NCBI RefSeq assembly: GCF_006345805.1
Contig: NW_021831284.1
Location: 248,001 to 312,000, forward strand
Direction of reading: 5' to 3'
Source: Octopus sinensis
Taxonomy: Eukaryota
Length of the DNA: 64,000 nt
Below the pieces are notes generated by a model. It was given only the letters and a program-made list of their open reading frames with translations. It did not search any database and was not told the DNA's origin. A program made the translations under genes and the position numbers. Numbering within the stretch: the first letter of the stretch is position 1; the number at the start of each line of letters is the position of its first letter. Positions 24,227 to 36,259 of this stretch are shown here, piece after piece.

Positions 24227-26401
24227 CAGTGTTTCTCAACGTTGGGCCCCAGGCCCACTTGTGGGCCTGAGAAATTTTGAAATGGGCCTGAAGATTTAAT
24301 TGGGCCTGGAGTGGGCCTCAAAGAAAAATATGTTAATACTAATACTAATAAATCTTTATTCGTTATTATTTTCAAATTGATTTGATTTGTTTTTAATTTA
24401 ATGATATTGTCATATTTAAATTTAAATATTATAGGCCTGATTGTATAGTTCATGTCAAAAGTACACAAGGAAAAAAGGAAGACTACACGCAAATACCAGA
24501 CTGATTTTTTATTACTAGGCTTCATCCCATCAAGTGCTGATTCTAAGAGGCCTGAATGTGTGGACTGTGGCTTAGTAATGACAAATGTTTCCATGAAGAA
24601 ATCAAATTGTTCGCCCATCAACAGTTGAAGCATCCTGCTTCTGTTGGAAAGGAGCGCAGCTATTTCAGGAAGAAAGTGGAGTTACGCCAAAAGAATGCTC
24701 CAAAAACTTTAGAATTCTGCTTAAAAAAAGCAAATGAGCATAATAACAAGACACTAAAAGTCAGTTATGCAGTGAGTGAACTGGTTGCTAAGGTGGGGAA
24801 GCCACATACAATTGCAGAACGTCTGGTGAAGCCAGCAATGTTGATCTGTGCTAAAGAACTGCTAGGAGAACAGGCTGCCAACATTCTACAAAAAATCCCA
24901 TTGTCTAATGACACAGTGAAGAGAAGGCAAATTGAAATGGCAGAAAACCTCGAGAAACAGCTTGTGGAAAAATTAAAAGTTTCTAAGTTCTCACTACAAA
25001 TTGATGAGACAACAATCAACAATTCTGCCTTATTACTTACTTATGTCCGATATATTGATGCAATGGCAATTCATGAAGAAATGTTATTTATAAAAAAGTT
25101 GATTGACACACGAAGCGACACTATATATGCGGCTGTTTACGACTATCTGTACGATAATGGGATCCCTCTGTCAAATCTGTTGCAGATTGCAACAGACGGT
25201 GCCAGCGCTATGACCGCAAACAGAATGGCTTTGTAGCTAAATTAAAAAAAGTTGCCCCTCATATATTGGCAATTCATTGCATCATCCATCGAGAACATCT
25301 TTGTGCTAAATCTCTCAATGATGACATGGAACATGCATTGAAAGTCGCTGTTTCAACAGTGAATTTTGTCAAAGCCAATGCTTTGCATGACCGCCTATTT
25401 CAACATTTATGTGAACATGAGGACCACCAGAGACTCCTCATGCACACTGAAGTGAGATGGCTTTCCAAAGGAAATTCCCTAGTTCGTCTTGCTGAAATGT
25501 GGGATATGGTTCTTATTTTTGTTCATGACATGAAAAACAAGCTGTAGCAAGAAGCAGAAAGATAAAGCTGAGACTTTGTTTTCAGTGATAAATAACAACG
25601 ATACAAAAGCAAGGATTTTTTACCTGGCTGACTTATTCGCACATGTCAACCAACTGAACATGACACTGCAAGGGCGAAATGCTAATCTGATAGATAGTGC
25701 TGAGAAAGTACGCTCTTTTTTTGAACAAGTTATGTCTCTGGAAGATGCATCTTCAAAAAAATGAATTTGCTTATTTTTGTAATTTTGCCAAAACTGCTCC
25801 GAGCTCAGAAGTAATCGCAAGCTGCACTGACCACTTGAAATGCTTGAAAGAAGATATGACTAGAAGATTTAAAGATATCATCGAAATGAATCCGCCTAGT
25901 TGGATTATAGATATAGCACATTTTGACGTATTAAGTGAAAAAGACATTGATCCTATTATTGCTGGAGAACTTCTTGAACTGAAGGAGAACAAAGTATTAA
26001 TGAAAAATATTGAAAGGGATGGCTTATATGGATGGATGAAAGTAGAATCGATTCATCCATTACTCTTTGAAAAAGTTGTTCCGTTTGTACTTGGCTTTCC
26101 CACCACTTGGTTGGTTGAGACAGGATTTTCTGCAACAAACGATTTACTCACAAAAAAACGCAATCAATTGCAGATTGAGAAGAGAGGAGACTTACGTTTG
26201 AGGTTGAACCAAGATCTGGAAATTCAACTTGACAAATTGATAGATAGACATCAAGAGCAGTGTAGTCATTGACATTTTAATAAGATTTTTTATGTTAATA
26301 AAAATACTTTTTGTTAATCAAAGTTTTATTAAAGGCAATGGGCCTGAGATTTTATATGACCCTGAAAATGGGCCTCAGGGAAAAAAAGGTTGAGAACACT
26401 G
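24227..26401 (+). mobile_element. complete-length Buster/Charlie hAT transposon (ZBED5/SCAND3-like transposase, frameshifted)
   Basis: TIRs cagtgtttctcaac / gttgagaacactg; flanks atttaggt / atttagtc; BED finger from ATG 24452, FSLQIDETT, TDGASAM, HCIIHRE, TEVRWLSKG, FPTTWLVETGFS. Confidence 0.95.
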
Positions 26402-26541
26402 ATTTAGTCAGATTGGCAATATTTGTTTCTCTATGATTTTCAATTTTCGTTGCAAAACTGTGCTAAATTTTAGATTTTTTAATTAATTTTTATTTTTTTA
26501 ATTCACTTACAGGTTTGAGTTTTTTATTTATTAAAATACTA

Positions 26542-27955
26542 TGTCACCGGTTTTATAGCCCACCGGGTTGGATAACCCACCATCGAAAAAACTATCAAAA
26601 AAATATAAATATAATCTAAAAATCATCAGAAAATATAATTAACTTTGATTTTCTTCTTTTTTATTAGTTTTTATATTTCTGCTTGTTGCATAAATCACAC
26701 ATCATTCATTTGTGCTTTACATTTTTAAAATAAATAAAATTTTATTTATTTAATGGGATAAAAAATAAGAATTAATTCATTTAAAAAAATCAAAATTTTA
26801 ATCAAATTTTTTTTAATCTACTAAAATGGACGTTTGATAGTGATTCTCCATTATCTTTATTAATAGTACACGTAGTTTCAAATTTTTCTGAAACTGTGTA
26901 CTTATTTATATCCAGTTCGTCATATAATGGGTATCTCCGGTTACCAGGGTTATCATCCCTGTCGTGTTTCAGCAGCACTGTATCTCCAATTTCGTTTTTG
27001 CGAGTTTTACCACTGCAAATTTGGAAAAAGAGTCGATTACAACAACCAACTATGACTTATTCAAAAAAAAGACCCATCCATAATTGCTGTTAAGGTTTGA
27101 ATATCTCCTCAGATCCACTAAATCTGCAATATACCGATCTCTAGGTACTCTTGCAATTATGGGGGTGATAGTTGGTTTTGTTGCCATGAAATTTTTCGAC
27201 TAACACTGATTAACAACATTACTTGGCAATAGACACATTTTCCTATCACACTACAAATTTCTTCCCTTGTTACTGAATATATTTAGTCTCTTAGTAACGA
27301 TAGCATTCTGTCTCTACCAAAATGAGTATTCATATGCTCGATCTTCAATTGTTTTGAAATAGATACCTCAATAATTTTTAACTTTAGCTCACTTTCTTCT
27401 AGAGTAAAAAAACGCAGTTTTTTATTTCCGACTTTTATATACGTTTTTTCAGGAACTTTGAAGCAAAAACGATTTTTAAGCGTCCTGAGCCTTCTCCTTT
27501 TCTCTTTATCGTATATAGTAGTGGTGTCATCAAAATTTTTTATTTCATTAAGTTGGTTTGTCGTTAATTTTTGGCTTGTTCATCGATGAAAAGGGAAACT
27601 ATCTCGAAAACGCAAAATTAAGTAAAAGGAAAGCAACTAATGCTCTGTTCTGCCTGAGGAAGTTAAATTTGGAGCCTGATACTTTCCTCTACGTTTTCAA
27701 TACGGTGATCCTACCGGGACTACTATACGGAAAAGAGGGATGGTACTTCTCTAAAAAGAAGGACACCATCTTAACTAAATTTGAAAAGTCTCGCAGGCTC
27801 GCTTTGAAGCTTGCTTACCACCAAAAAGTTGAAGATCCAATCCCCCTGTGGCTTGAAAGTAAATCCTCCATGGTCGGTGAAACTGTCGAAAAAGCTATAA
27901 GTGGTTATAAATCCAACTCAATTGTCACTGGGACGTACCTGCAGAGGTAGAAAAG

Positions 27956-27987
<32 letters not shown>

Positions 27988-28374
27988 ACTTGAGGGGGTC
28001 TCTTTTTTTTTTCTGGGAAGAAGTCGATAGGGTAGTCCTATTGTTTCATTATACAAACTCCCCCCTAACCTTTAACCCTTCTCTGTTTCCAATAAAACTT
28101 CCTATTCCTATTCCTATTGTCGTTAATTTCAAAAGAACCATATTCTAATTGAACTTTATTGAACAACCCTACTTATTTTCACAGTTTTTAAACTTTATTA
28201 ATAAAAAGTTATAGTTTTCACGCTAAAATATTTAAATAAAAAAGAACAATAAATTATTAAAATAATTAAGAAAATCATTTTTTCCAATGAAATTAAATAT
28301 AGGAAAAATATTATTATTATAAAATATGGCAGTAGGTGGGTTATCCAACCCAGTGGGCTATAAAACCGGTGACA
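26542..28374 (-). mobile_element. internally deleted integrase-encoding TIR DNA transposon (Ginger2/TDD-like), with a LINE insertion
   Basis: ~41-bp TIR tgtcaccggttttatagcccac(c/t)gggttggataacccacc; exact 5-bp TSD TACTA; PTITPIIARVPRDRYIADLVDLRRYS..VIDSFSKF fused to EIGDTVLLKHDRDDNPGNRRYPLYD. Confidence 0.9.
27440..27984 (+). mobile_element. 5'-truncated LINE 3' end with poly(A)
   Basis: ORF 27558-27950 (VFNTVILPGLLYGKEGW) is followed directly by a long A tract; similar to remnant 12270-12400. Confidence 0.75.
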
Positions 28375-28539
28375 TACTATTTTTTCAAAAGATTCGATAA
28401 ACCTGCAAAATCGTTTGTTTAATTTTCTGATAATTAAATGTATAATATTTAATAGAAAGTAAAAAATTAGGTATAAAAATAAGTTTAAAAATATTTTTAC
28501 AGTTCATATCCGACACACAATAACTATTTTCTCCTATCT

Positions 28540-28730
28540 GAAAGTGTATTCAGTAGAAAACCCAAAGTCACTCTACCTACCGCATCAAACGAAGATTTAG
28601 CAGGAATAAACAAAAAATTGCAAAGTGGGGAAGATCTCGATGCATTACCAACTTTAGCAAACAACAGAGTGGCATGGAAGCATACTAACCGTGGCACAAA
28701 GAAAGCTCAATTAGCTTTTCCGTGAGTGCA
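28540..28730 (+). mobile_element. RTE/L2-like 3' remnant
   Basis: RKPKVTLP..NEDL...DLDALPTLANNRVAW. Confidence 0.4.
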
Positions 28731-28790
28731 AAATAATAAATCCAACTCACAGATGTCGTAATGATTATATTCCATATAAAGTATATTAAT

Positions 28791-30349
28791 TTATATTAAA
28801 TTCTTATTTATTGTCCGGGAAACAAATAATGTAAGGTAAATAAAATCTCCGAGAAGAATGAAAGAGAATGATATATACACCAACTTGGGAAAATCATCAA
28901 TATTTTGAATAATAATCACAGTGATTGCCATAAGCAATGTAAAAAATTTATTCAAACTCGTCTGCACACTTCCTACACGTCCGCGATTTACCTCTTTGAC
29001 GGTTTCTAAAAAGCATTGAGTTATCGACAAATCCGTTATCCAAAGACCTTTATTTTAATTTCAAAAAATAACCAAATCTTGCAAAAATAACTCCGGCCAT
29101 AAAAATACTGATTTTTATTAATTTTTCTATAATTTTAAACACTAGAATACGATTAGAGTTTCCATTCGAAAGATTTACGGCAATAACTGTCAATGATAAA
29201 AATGAAACGTGAAAGAAAAGTCCAAATAATCCTGTTTTTATTAACTTTATTTTTCTCGATATCCAAGGAAATATAAAAGTCCCAGAAAACCCAATCAAAG
29301 CTCCTGCTCCTTGCAACAGTCCTAATGTTGTAGCCAAAAGACCTTGACTATAAGCATAGGCTAAAACTCATCCTAGTCTACAAACCAATAGTGACACTGT
29401 CGAACCCCAAAACGGTCATGTATAAGCATGAAAGGGCTATTCCCGCCAAAACAAATTCTTGTCGAAAGTAGAGAATCCAAGCATAAACAAGAGACCTAAG
29501 AATCCCTGGATTACTCTCGGTCGTCATATCTTTTGATTGATGTTGGTTTGGAATTAATTCGTTAATTTCGGATTCTATTTTTAAGTACAAGTAAGAACCG
29601 AAAAAGTCAATTTTTATGGCAAGCCGAGGGGTTGAATTATAAATATTTACCAAAATGAAATATTCTACACAAACCGAGACCAAATTCCAGGCTAAGATGC
29701 GAGTTCAGAATTCCACAAAAATGGATTATTTGTCCAGTTGCTATCGGAGCAATAATCTTTGTCAGCAAATCGAGTCTTCTGATTACGGAATTGGTTTCTA
29801 AAAAGTTTTAAAAAATGTATTCCTGAAAGGGAAGAATGATTTGTTTTCACTAAAATAACAAGCCAATCACGCTCTACAGAAACAGTTTCGGAGTCACTTC
29901 CCAACTCAGCCAAAACTGCGAAAAAAATGGTAAAAAACTATATTTAAAATTAAATAATTAACTGACTTGACATGTCGTGCTAATGGAAAAATCATTTCTC
30001 CATTTTTCAATGGAAAATATCAACAGGAGATGAACTGCGGACAAGACGACACCCAAATTTTGAAATAAGAGAGCTGTTCTAATTACTAGGCAATCACAAT
30101 TTAAGTCTGACCCTTTAATCTATGAGTTCTGTCAATCCAACACCCAATAGAACTCGCAAATAGAACTGACGACAAGTTCAAGCTTAAGACTACAATCGAT
30201 ACTCCTAAAAGTGAATTGGGATATAGGTCTGTCATGTATAAAGCCAAAGCAAAATTCCACATGCGGTCTCCCTGAGATTCATTATTGTGTTCATGTACCC
30301 ATGCAGCCAGCAAACGGGTGGCGTAGATTTTTACTTTCCAAGACATCAT
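28791..30349 (-). CDS. SLC40A1: ferroportin (solute carrier family 40 member 1), multi-exon
   Basis: LAAW|GDRMWNFALALY (27-nt intron), VERDWLV, RRLDLLTKIIAP, LYMTVLGFD, VQTSLNKFF; ends in TAA. Confidence 0.92.
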
Positions 30350-30902
30350 TCTTGAATTAACTTTAGAACTGATTAGAATAACGATTGGAATTTGTTAGAT
30401 AAAAAATTTATTGATGATAATTATTAAATACAAAAAAACTAAATTATCTAATTAAACTAAGAAAAAACCCACCATTCAAGATTTGTTAACATATTAAGGT
30501 TGATAGGGGTGAATCCACATAATAATTTAAATCAAAGAACTTTGCTTATTTCCTATTCAGAAAATTTTTATTTAAAAAATATCACAACAATTGAAAATAT
30601 AAATAATATTAGTTAAAATGAATATTATGCAATCTTTTGTTCTGCCTGGTTAACCTTAAGTAATAAAACATCAAACACCTTCTGTGCAAGTGAGCCAGCA
30701 CAAAATGCGACAAAAGTAGAAATGTAAACATAAAATATGCAAAAAAATAATTGTTCGCAACTTTCGGCTTGAAATGTTGATCCCTACCGACGTATGGCCA
30801 CTGCTTGTGGGTATAATTCGGCTGATGTTTGGAATTATATTCGTGAGGTTTTATGTCGTTCAAAAGAAAATTATAAGCATCGTTTATTTGAATAAAATCT
30901 TT

Positions 30903-31790
30903 CAAGTCTCCCAAGCTATAGTCAGAGGTAACGCAGACTATACATTCTTTGCTCTGTTTAATGGTGAATTCAGGTCATAATTTTAATTTATTGATACTTC
31001 CGATAATGATTTATTAGTTAAGGTGTAAATTAATATAATTAGTAATAGAGTAATTGAGCCATAACCAAGATAGCTCCAATTGAGTAAGCCAAATTTGATG
31101 GTTCAGTGACTAAAATTTATAAATCAAGTCTTAACTTGAATTTTGAAATTTGGAAGGTGGAATAATTCCCTCGTCTTCTTTGAATAAATTATGAACAATT
31201 TTTCCTAAAAATTAAGTTATAAATAAAATCTCAACTTGCAGTTGAACCTGTAGTTGTATCCTAAATGGTAGAAATTAATATGAAATAATACCGTCTGATC
31301 ATTGACGAAATCGTGAACAATTTTTTCTATGAATTAAGTTATAAATAAAATCTCAACTTGCAGTTGAACCTGTAGTTGTATCCTAAATGGTAGAAGTTAA
31401 TATGAAATAATACCGTCGGATCATTGACGAAATCGTGAACAATTTTTTCTATGAATTAAGTTATAAATCAAATCTCAACTTGCATCTGAACTTTTATTTA
31501 CAAGGTTCTTAGCTATATCCTATTGTAGAAATTAATATAAGATAAATACCTTGACATCATCAAAGATATCATCCCAAAAGCCTCCTAAGAATTAATATTA
31601 ACCAACAAAAACCTTCGATAGAGATTAAACAGACTAAAATAGGAAACAAAAACATTTTGATTTAACTGCGCAAAATGGAATATTTATAACATTGTTCATA
31701 ATTAGCACACTTGCATCTAATTATAGGGTTTTCAGTTCTTTAACCTTAAAAGGTCAAGCATTAGTATTTACGCTTCGAGCATTATACTAA
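30903..31790 (+). mobile_element. DINE-1/Helentron-like non-autonomous element with a 122-bp internal array (~3 copies, 31190-31560)
   Basis: Starts caag..gctatagtc-agaggtaacgca-gactata (hairpin); gaacaatt marker at 31193, 31315, 31437; paralogue at 41805-42622. Confidence 0.75.
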
Positions 31791-32189
31791 GGCTCTAAAC
31801 ATCACCGTGTATACCGCATATAAGCAATATTTACTATCCTACTATTCTTTCTCGAATCCCATAAAAAATATATTCTTTGTATGCAAATATCTTGTTATTT
31901 CTGACAATGTCAAATGCTTATTGGAGTTAAAAATGTCAAAAGTGAAAAAATGAATGAAATAAATATAGACCATTGTAATTTTTATCGCAAAATGCTTATT
32001 TATATTTCCGTTGCCGAGCAAAAAATAACAATTGATGAATAGAACCTCGATTCTTCACAACATGTTGTTTTATTTCATGAAAAACGTTAATGCTTGTTTA
32101 TATCACGCTTAAAAGCAAAGTTTTAGAGCTTTAACACTATCCCTTAAAATTGCAGTTTAACATAAAGTTCGAAAACCCTATATTTAATA

Positions 32190-32235
32190 TGTCGCGAGCG
32201 CAGCGAGCGACCGAGCGCAGCGAGCGACCACTCAA
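32190..32235 (+). repeat. gcgagcgcagcgagcgac repeat/hairpin followed by CTAG, a Helitron-like end
   Basis: gtcgc..gcgac inverted repeat; similar motif at ~7388-7412. Confidence 0.35.
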
Positions 32236-32439
32236 TTTCTAGATCCGATCAATCAAAAAATCTATCTGGGTATCCTGCCGACTCCAGGGCTCGCTTGACA
32301 ATTTCGTTGATCGCCTTGTACTATATGAATGGGTTGAAGATCAAAAATTTGAGAATAGAAAATGAAATCACCTGTGAATTTGTCGTCCACTAGCACTAAT
32401 TACATTTAGTAGTCAGCCATGCTATTAATGAGACTTTTT

Positions 32440-33330
32440 GCGTATTCTGTTTAAACATAATTCAAAATTGATGATCAGTCGTCGAAGTTTATGTTTTTAG
32501 TAAGAAGTGCCCTTTACGTGAGCGGATAAGCATTCAGACCGTTTTTTCATTATATTTCTTATTGCTTGAGCTGTTAATAATTTCCCTGTTTTTTTTGTAA
32601 AAGTTTTAGCAAATTTAACAGAGTTTATATGGACTTCCAATTCTCGAGCCTCAATTATTTAAAGTATTTCTAGAATAAATTTGAGACATATTTGTAATAT
32701 TGTCCCATTGTAAATTTAAAAGAAAAAGCATGTTCACTTTTTATTTTTGTTAACTGTAAGTCTGTTACATTAATTGGTTCAATATTCACTCATTATTAAT
32801 GGAAAAATGTAGAACCAATAGGACTTTTAAATTGTTTAAAGTATACAAAATGGATTCCACGCGAAATAGATTGTTCAACCATAATTCCAAAGGATATAAA
32901 ACAATTTGATACTCTTATACAAAAATTACAAATTAACGACCAATTGACTGAGCAGGATTTTATTGAATAGGGCTGACGAATTAATCGAAATGTCTAAAGA
33001 TGATACATTTGAAAATTTCGAAACAGTTCCCCGCAACGAGGCTATTGATGAAAATTTAATTGAGACCAGCAAAAATAAAAATATTGTAGATTCTTTTCGC
33101 GCATTGGACAACCTAAGAAACTATTTTAAACTGAATGTGACAGACATGGAAACTTTAAACATGTTGGAAAATATTGATCAAAAACTAAGAAAATCGAGAT
33201 TAAAAACTAAAATTACTGATTTTTTCAAATAAAAAAATTTTCGTATGTTCATAATAAAATAATTAAAAAAATCGATAATAACCCTCTCGAATCACCAAAA
33301 TTTCAGTCAGGAACCAAAAATGTTATTTAA
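32440..33330 (+). mobile_element. degraded Tigger/pogo element, C-terminal part
   Basis: ORF 32963-33232 ends KTKITDFFK, typical of Tigger transposases. Confidence 0.55.
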
Positions 33331-33849
33331 TGACTAATATAAATAATAAAATTGAGCAAAATTCTTTAATGCTAAGGACGCATTACTTCAACTCTAATTC
33401 AAACGCAAACCGTAACCAAAATCCTTGACATAAGAATGCATTCACTTTAAACCCTACTCATATAATATAGCTTTAAAATGTTTAGACCCTTCTAAGGCGA
33501 TCAAAAAGCAATAAGAAAATGTGCTAAAAATAAACCTTGGTAAATAAGATTAAACAGATCAAAAGAATTTGAGTTGTTGTTTATGATAGGTTGACGTAAA
33601 GAGGGCACAAAAAGCAAGAACACAAAAAGACACAAATAATTAAAACAAGTTTATCAACGTAGATGATTCATTTAAATTGTTTTTTTTAATGAACGACAGT
33701 TATGTCTCCACAGCAATAGAAATGAAGCGATACCGTTGATCAAGGTTTGCATATTTGTAAATTTTCTTTGTTTTGAGCATCTCCTCCAGAACCCGGAGAA
33801 ACAGCAGAAGAGACTGTTTGTTTTGAAATGGGTGTCAAAACAAGTTGAA

Positions 33850-34150
33850 TCTCAAACCAACGATTTCCCGTATGAATAAGGAAAGATGGTCATCCCATCG
33901 GGTCTTTTACTATCTCCACAATCCAGGCCTACTGACTCTAGCACCAAGGAGAAGCCCGCTGACTCAAAAGCTCGTAAGAACAAATTGTTAATAGCGGAGC
34001 GCCGAGAAGCTTGCCCACACTTCCTTTTCAAGAGAGTGGTTGGACACCTTTGATGCAACGATAGTGTTCGCAGATATCAAGTCAGAGTTTCACTGCAGTA
34101 CTGATGCGCAGTCATCCTCTAATAATGTTCCGAGGTCAGGAATTGGCATA
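33850..34150 (-). mobile_element. CRE-clade RLE fragment
   Basis: RRSAINNLFLRAFESAG..GLDCGDSKRPDGMTIFPYSYGK. Confidence 0.8.
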
Positions 34151-34287
34151 GAGTCTAATTAACATTCTTTAGTTAAATTAATAACAATCAACAAATTGCT
34201 TAACGAGGCAATCCCACAAATTATGAAACAACATCGTGAAAATGTTTATTGTTTTATCGAATAGTTTAAATGAAAAATCAAAAAAGG

Positions 34288-35295
34288 TTAACGGCGAGTA
34301 AATCTTGCAATCAAGCCGGGAAACAAGTGTTTTGTGTAGACGGCAAGACGGTACTTGAGAGGAGCGACGAGAACGTGAGAATTATTTTCTGAACAAATAT
34401 TCCTCACCACAATCCGTGCTAAGTAATTGGCATCCATTCCAGACTGATTTTTCAGATCCTCTTCTAAAACACTCAAATAATCTCCTCGGACTTTTATTAA
34501 GTGTCCCATCAGCGGTCAGTGCGTTCAAGGAAATCGCAGTCTTCACATAAGACGGTGAAATCACGGAGACTTTAATCCCATTCTTTGTCTCTTCCGCCCT
34601 CAAAGAGTCCAAAAATCCCTCAAACGCAAACTTAGAAGACGAATCTAAAATTTTCTTATCATAAACTAACAAGGGCCTCTTTCTGGAAGGCCTATCTTTC
34701 CCTGAATACTGCTTATCCCCACAATATGCCCTCCCTTATTTCCTACCATGTCTCCAATCAAGCCTGGAGATTATTTTTAGAACCAACCTTTAATGAGAAG
34801 GACGTTGGACATGAAGTTGACGTCCATCAAATGTTTGTAGACACTCACATCAGTCTCCCTCAGACTGGCACCCCTGCAGGACAGACCGGCATTGCAGATA
34901 AGGACATCGACTTTTCCGCCAGTTTGTTTTCGTAATTTCCTGATGCCGGAGATTATCTCCTCTTCCTTGGAAAGATCAAAATTGCAGATGGCAGGTTCGG
35001 AGATATTTGGATGGTTAAGGAAACACTTTTCCTTGGTTTGTATCAGCTTTTCGAGGTTTCTTCCGCATAGGAATAGGTTTGCTCCAGATTTAGACAGTTC
35101 GAGGGCACATGCTTAGATTTTTCAAAGATATATACCTCGGCCGATCCCTGAACTGGCGCCGGTTATAATTATGTTGAGATCTTTGAGTGATTTGGTGTAT
35201 TTGGAGCGAAAACATAAGTAGATTAGCCAGGCGCAAAAATTGGCGACTAAAAACTCGAGTCTAAGTATAACCAAAAATAAATTATCTCACATCAT
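34288..35295 (-). CDS. DHRS7B: short-chain dehydrogenase/reductase, DHRS7B-like, multi-exon
   Basis: MI|LEFLV..IIITGASSGIGR|ACAL, LICNAG, VNF, ISSIQGKIGLP, Y|SSSK catalytic motif across a 26-nt intron, DSLRAE; introns of 30, 24, 24, 26 and 28 nt restore the frame. Confidence 0.88.
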
Positions 35296-35504
35296 TCAGA
35301 AATGGGATAAATACTATTTAAATTTAATTTTTTAGGTGAAACTAAAAGATTAATAAATTTAATTCCGAAAATAAGCCAAGTAATTTTAATGATATAAAGC
35401 AGAAACAATGTGGTACTGCAAATTTGTTATTCAATAATCTATTGTTGTGGTTTTCATCTATCCAATATTTCTATCTAATATTTCTAAACACGTGATCTTT
35501 TGTG

Positions 35505-36130
35505 GTGTAGTGCATGTCTGTTTTAAACAAACAATTTGAAACATATTCTACGGGCCTTCCTGCTGATTTAGAAACTGGAAACACAGACGAAGTATGATGT
35601 TTGGCTCGGGAACTGCATAATGTCCAGGAGATTACTTCGGGTGCAGCCTTTAGCACAAAACTGCAAGCTCTGAAAGCCATGGCTGATGCTGTAGATCACT
35701 CTGATAAAGTAGAGTGGGCCAGCGAGGTTGTCAGACTTTCTCGTCAGAGATTTAATCGGTATATTACAACGGATACTTTCAATGAAAAGTTTGGGACCTC
35801 GAAGTCTATCTCCGATTTTAAACACTTTCAAGGGTGCCCTGTACAAAGAATTCTACCAATAGTAATTCTTGTGGAGCTTCCTTACAGAATTATGAATATC
35901 CAATTTAAGAAATTGTCTTGAGGAATTTAAATTCGGTTTGGGAGAGTTCAGAGTCTTCCCCGAACTAACCGGCCTGCCACTAAGAAGATTCCTTACAAAC
36001 TGTTGGATAAAAAGCTACTATTTGGAATGAATCTTGCAATTAAAGAATATTTGAAATCCTATCCTCCTAAGAACTTATTATTTATGCCGGTCAAATTTCT
36101 TATGAAAATATATCCAATTCTTCTCGAGTA
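35505..36130 (+). CDS. putative multi-exon gene divergent from DHRS7B, product unknown
   Basis: MSVLNKQFETYSTGLPADLETGNTDE | intron | EITSGAAFSTKLQALKAMAD...; downstream exons unresolved. Confidence 0.45.
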
Positions 36131-36259
36131 AACAGTAAATTTGTTGAAAGTACATCTGAAAAAATTGAAACATTAAAAACAAATATGTCTATGGTAAATA
36201 ATTTTCCTAATATGACTGCAAAAAGTACGGAGTGGAAAAAACCCTCAATGTCTTATGTT

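Noticed and set aside
30350-30430. Iron-responsive element upstream of ferroportin
   Set aside because: No CAGUGN-loop hairpin is visible on the coding strand in the proximal upstream sequence.
31190-31560. 122-bp arrays (also 42095-42480) as CRISPR or ncRNA arrays
   Set aside because: They are plain tandem repeats inside a dispersed element.
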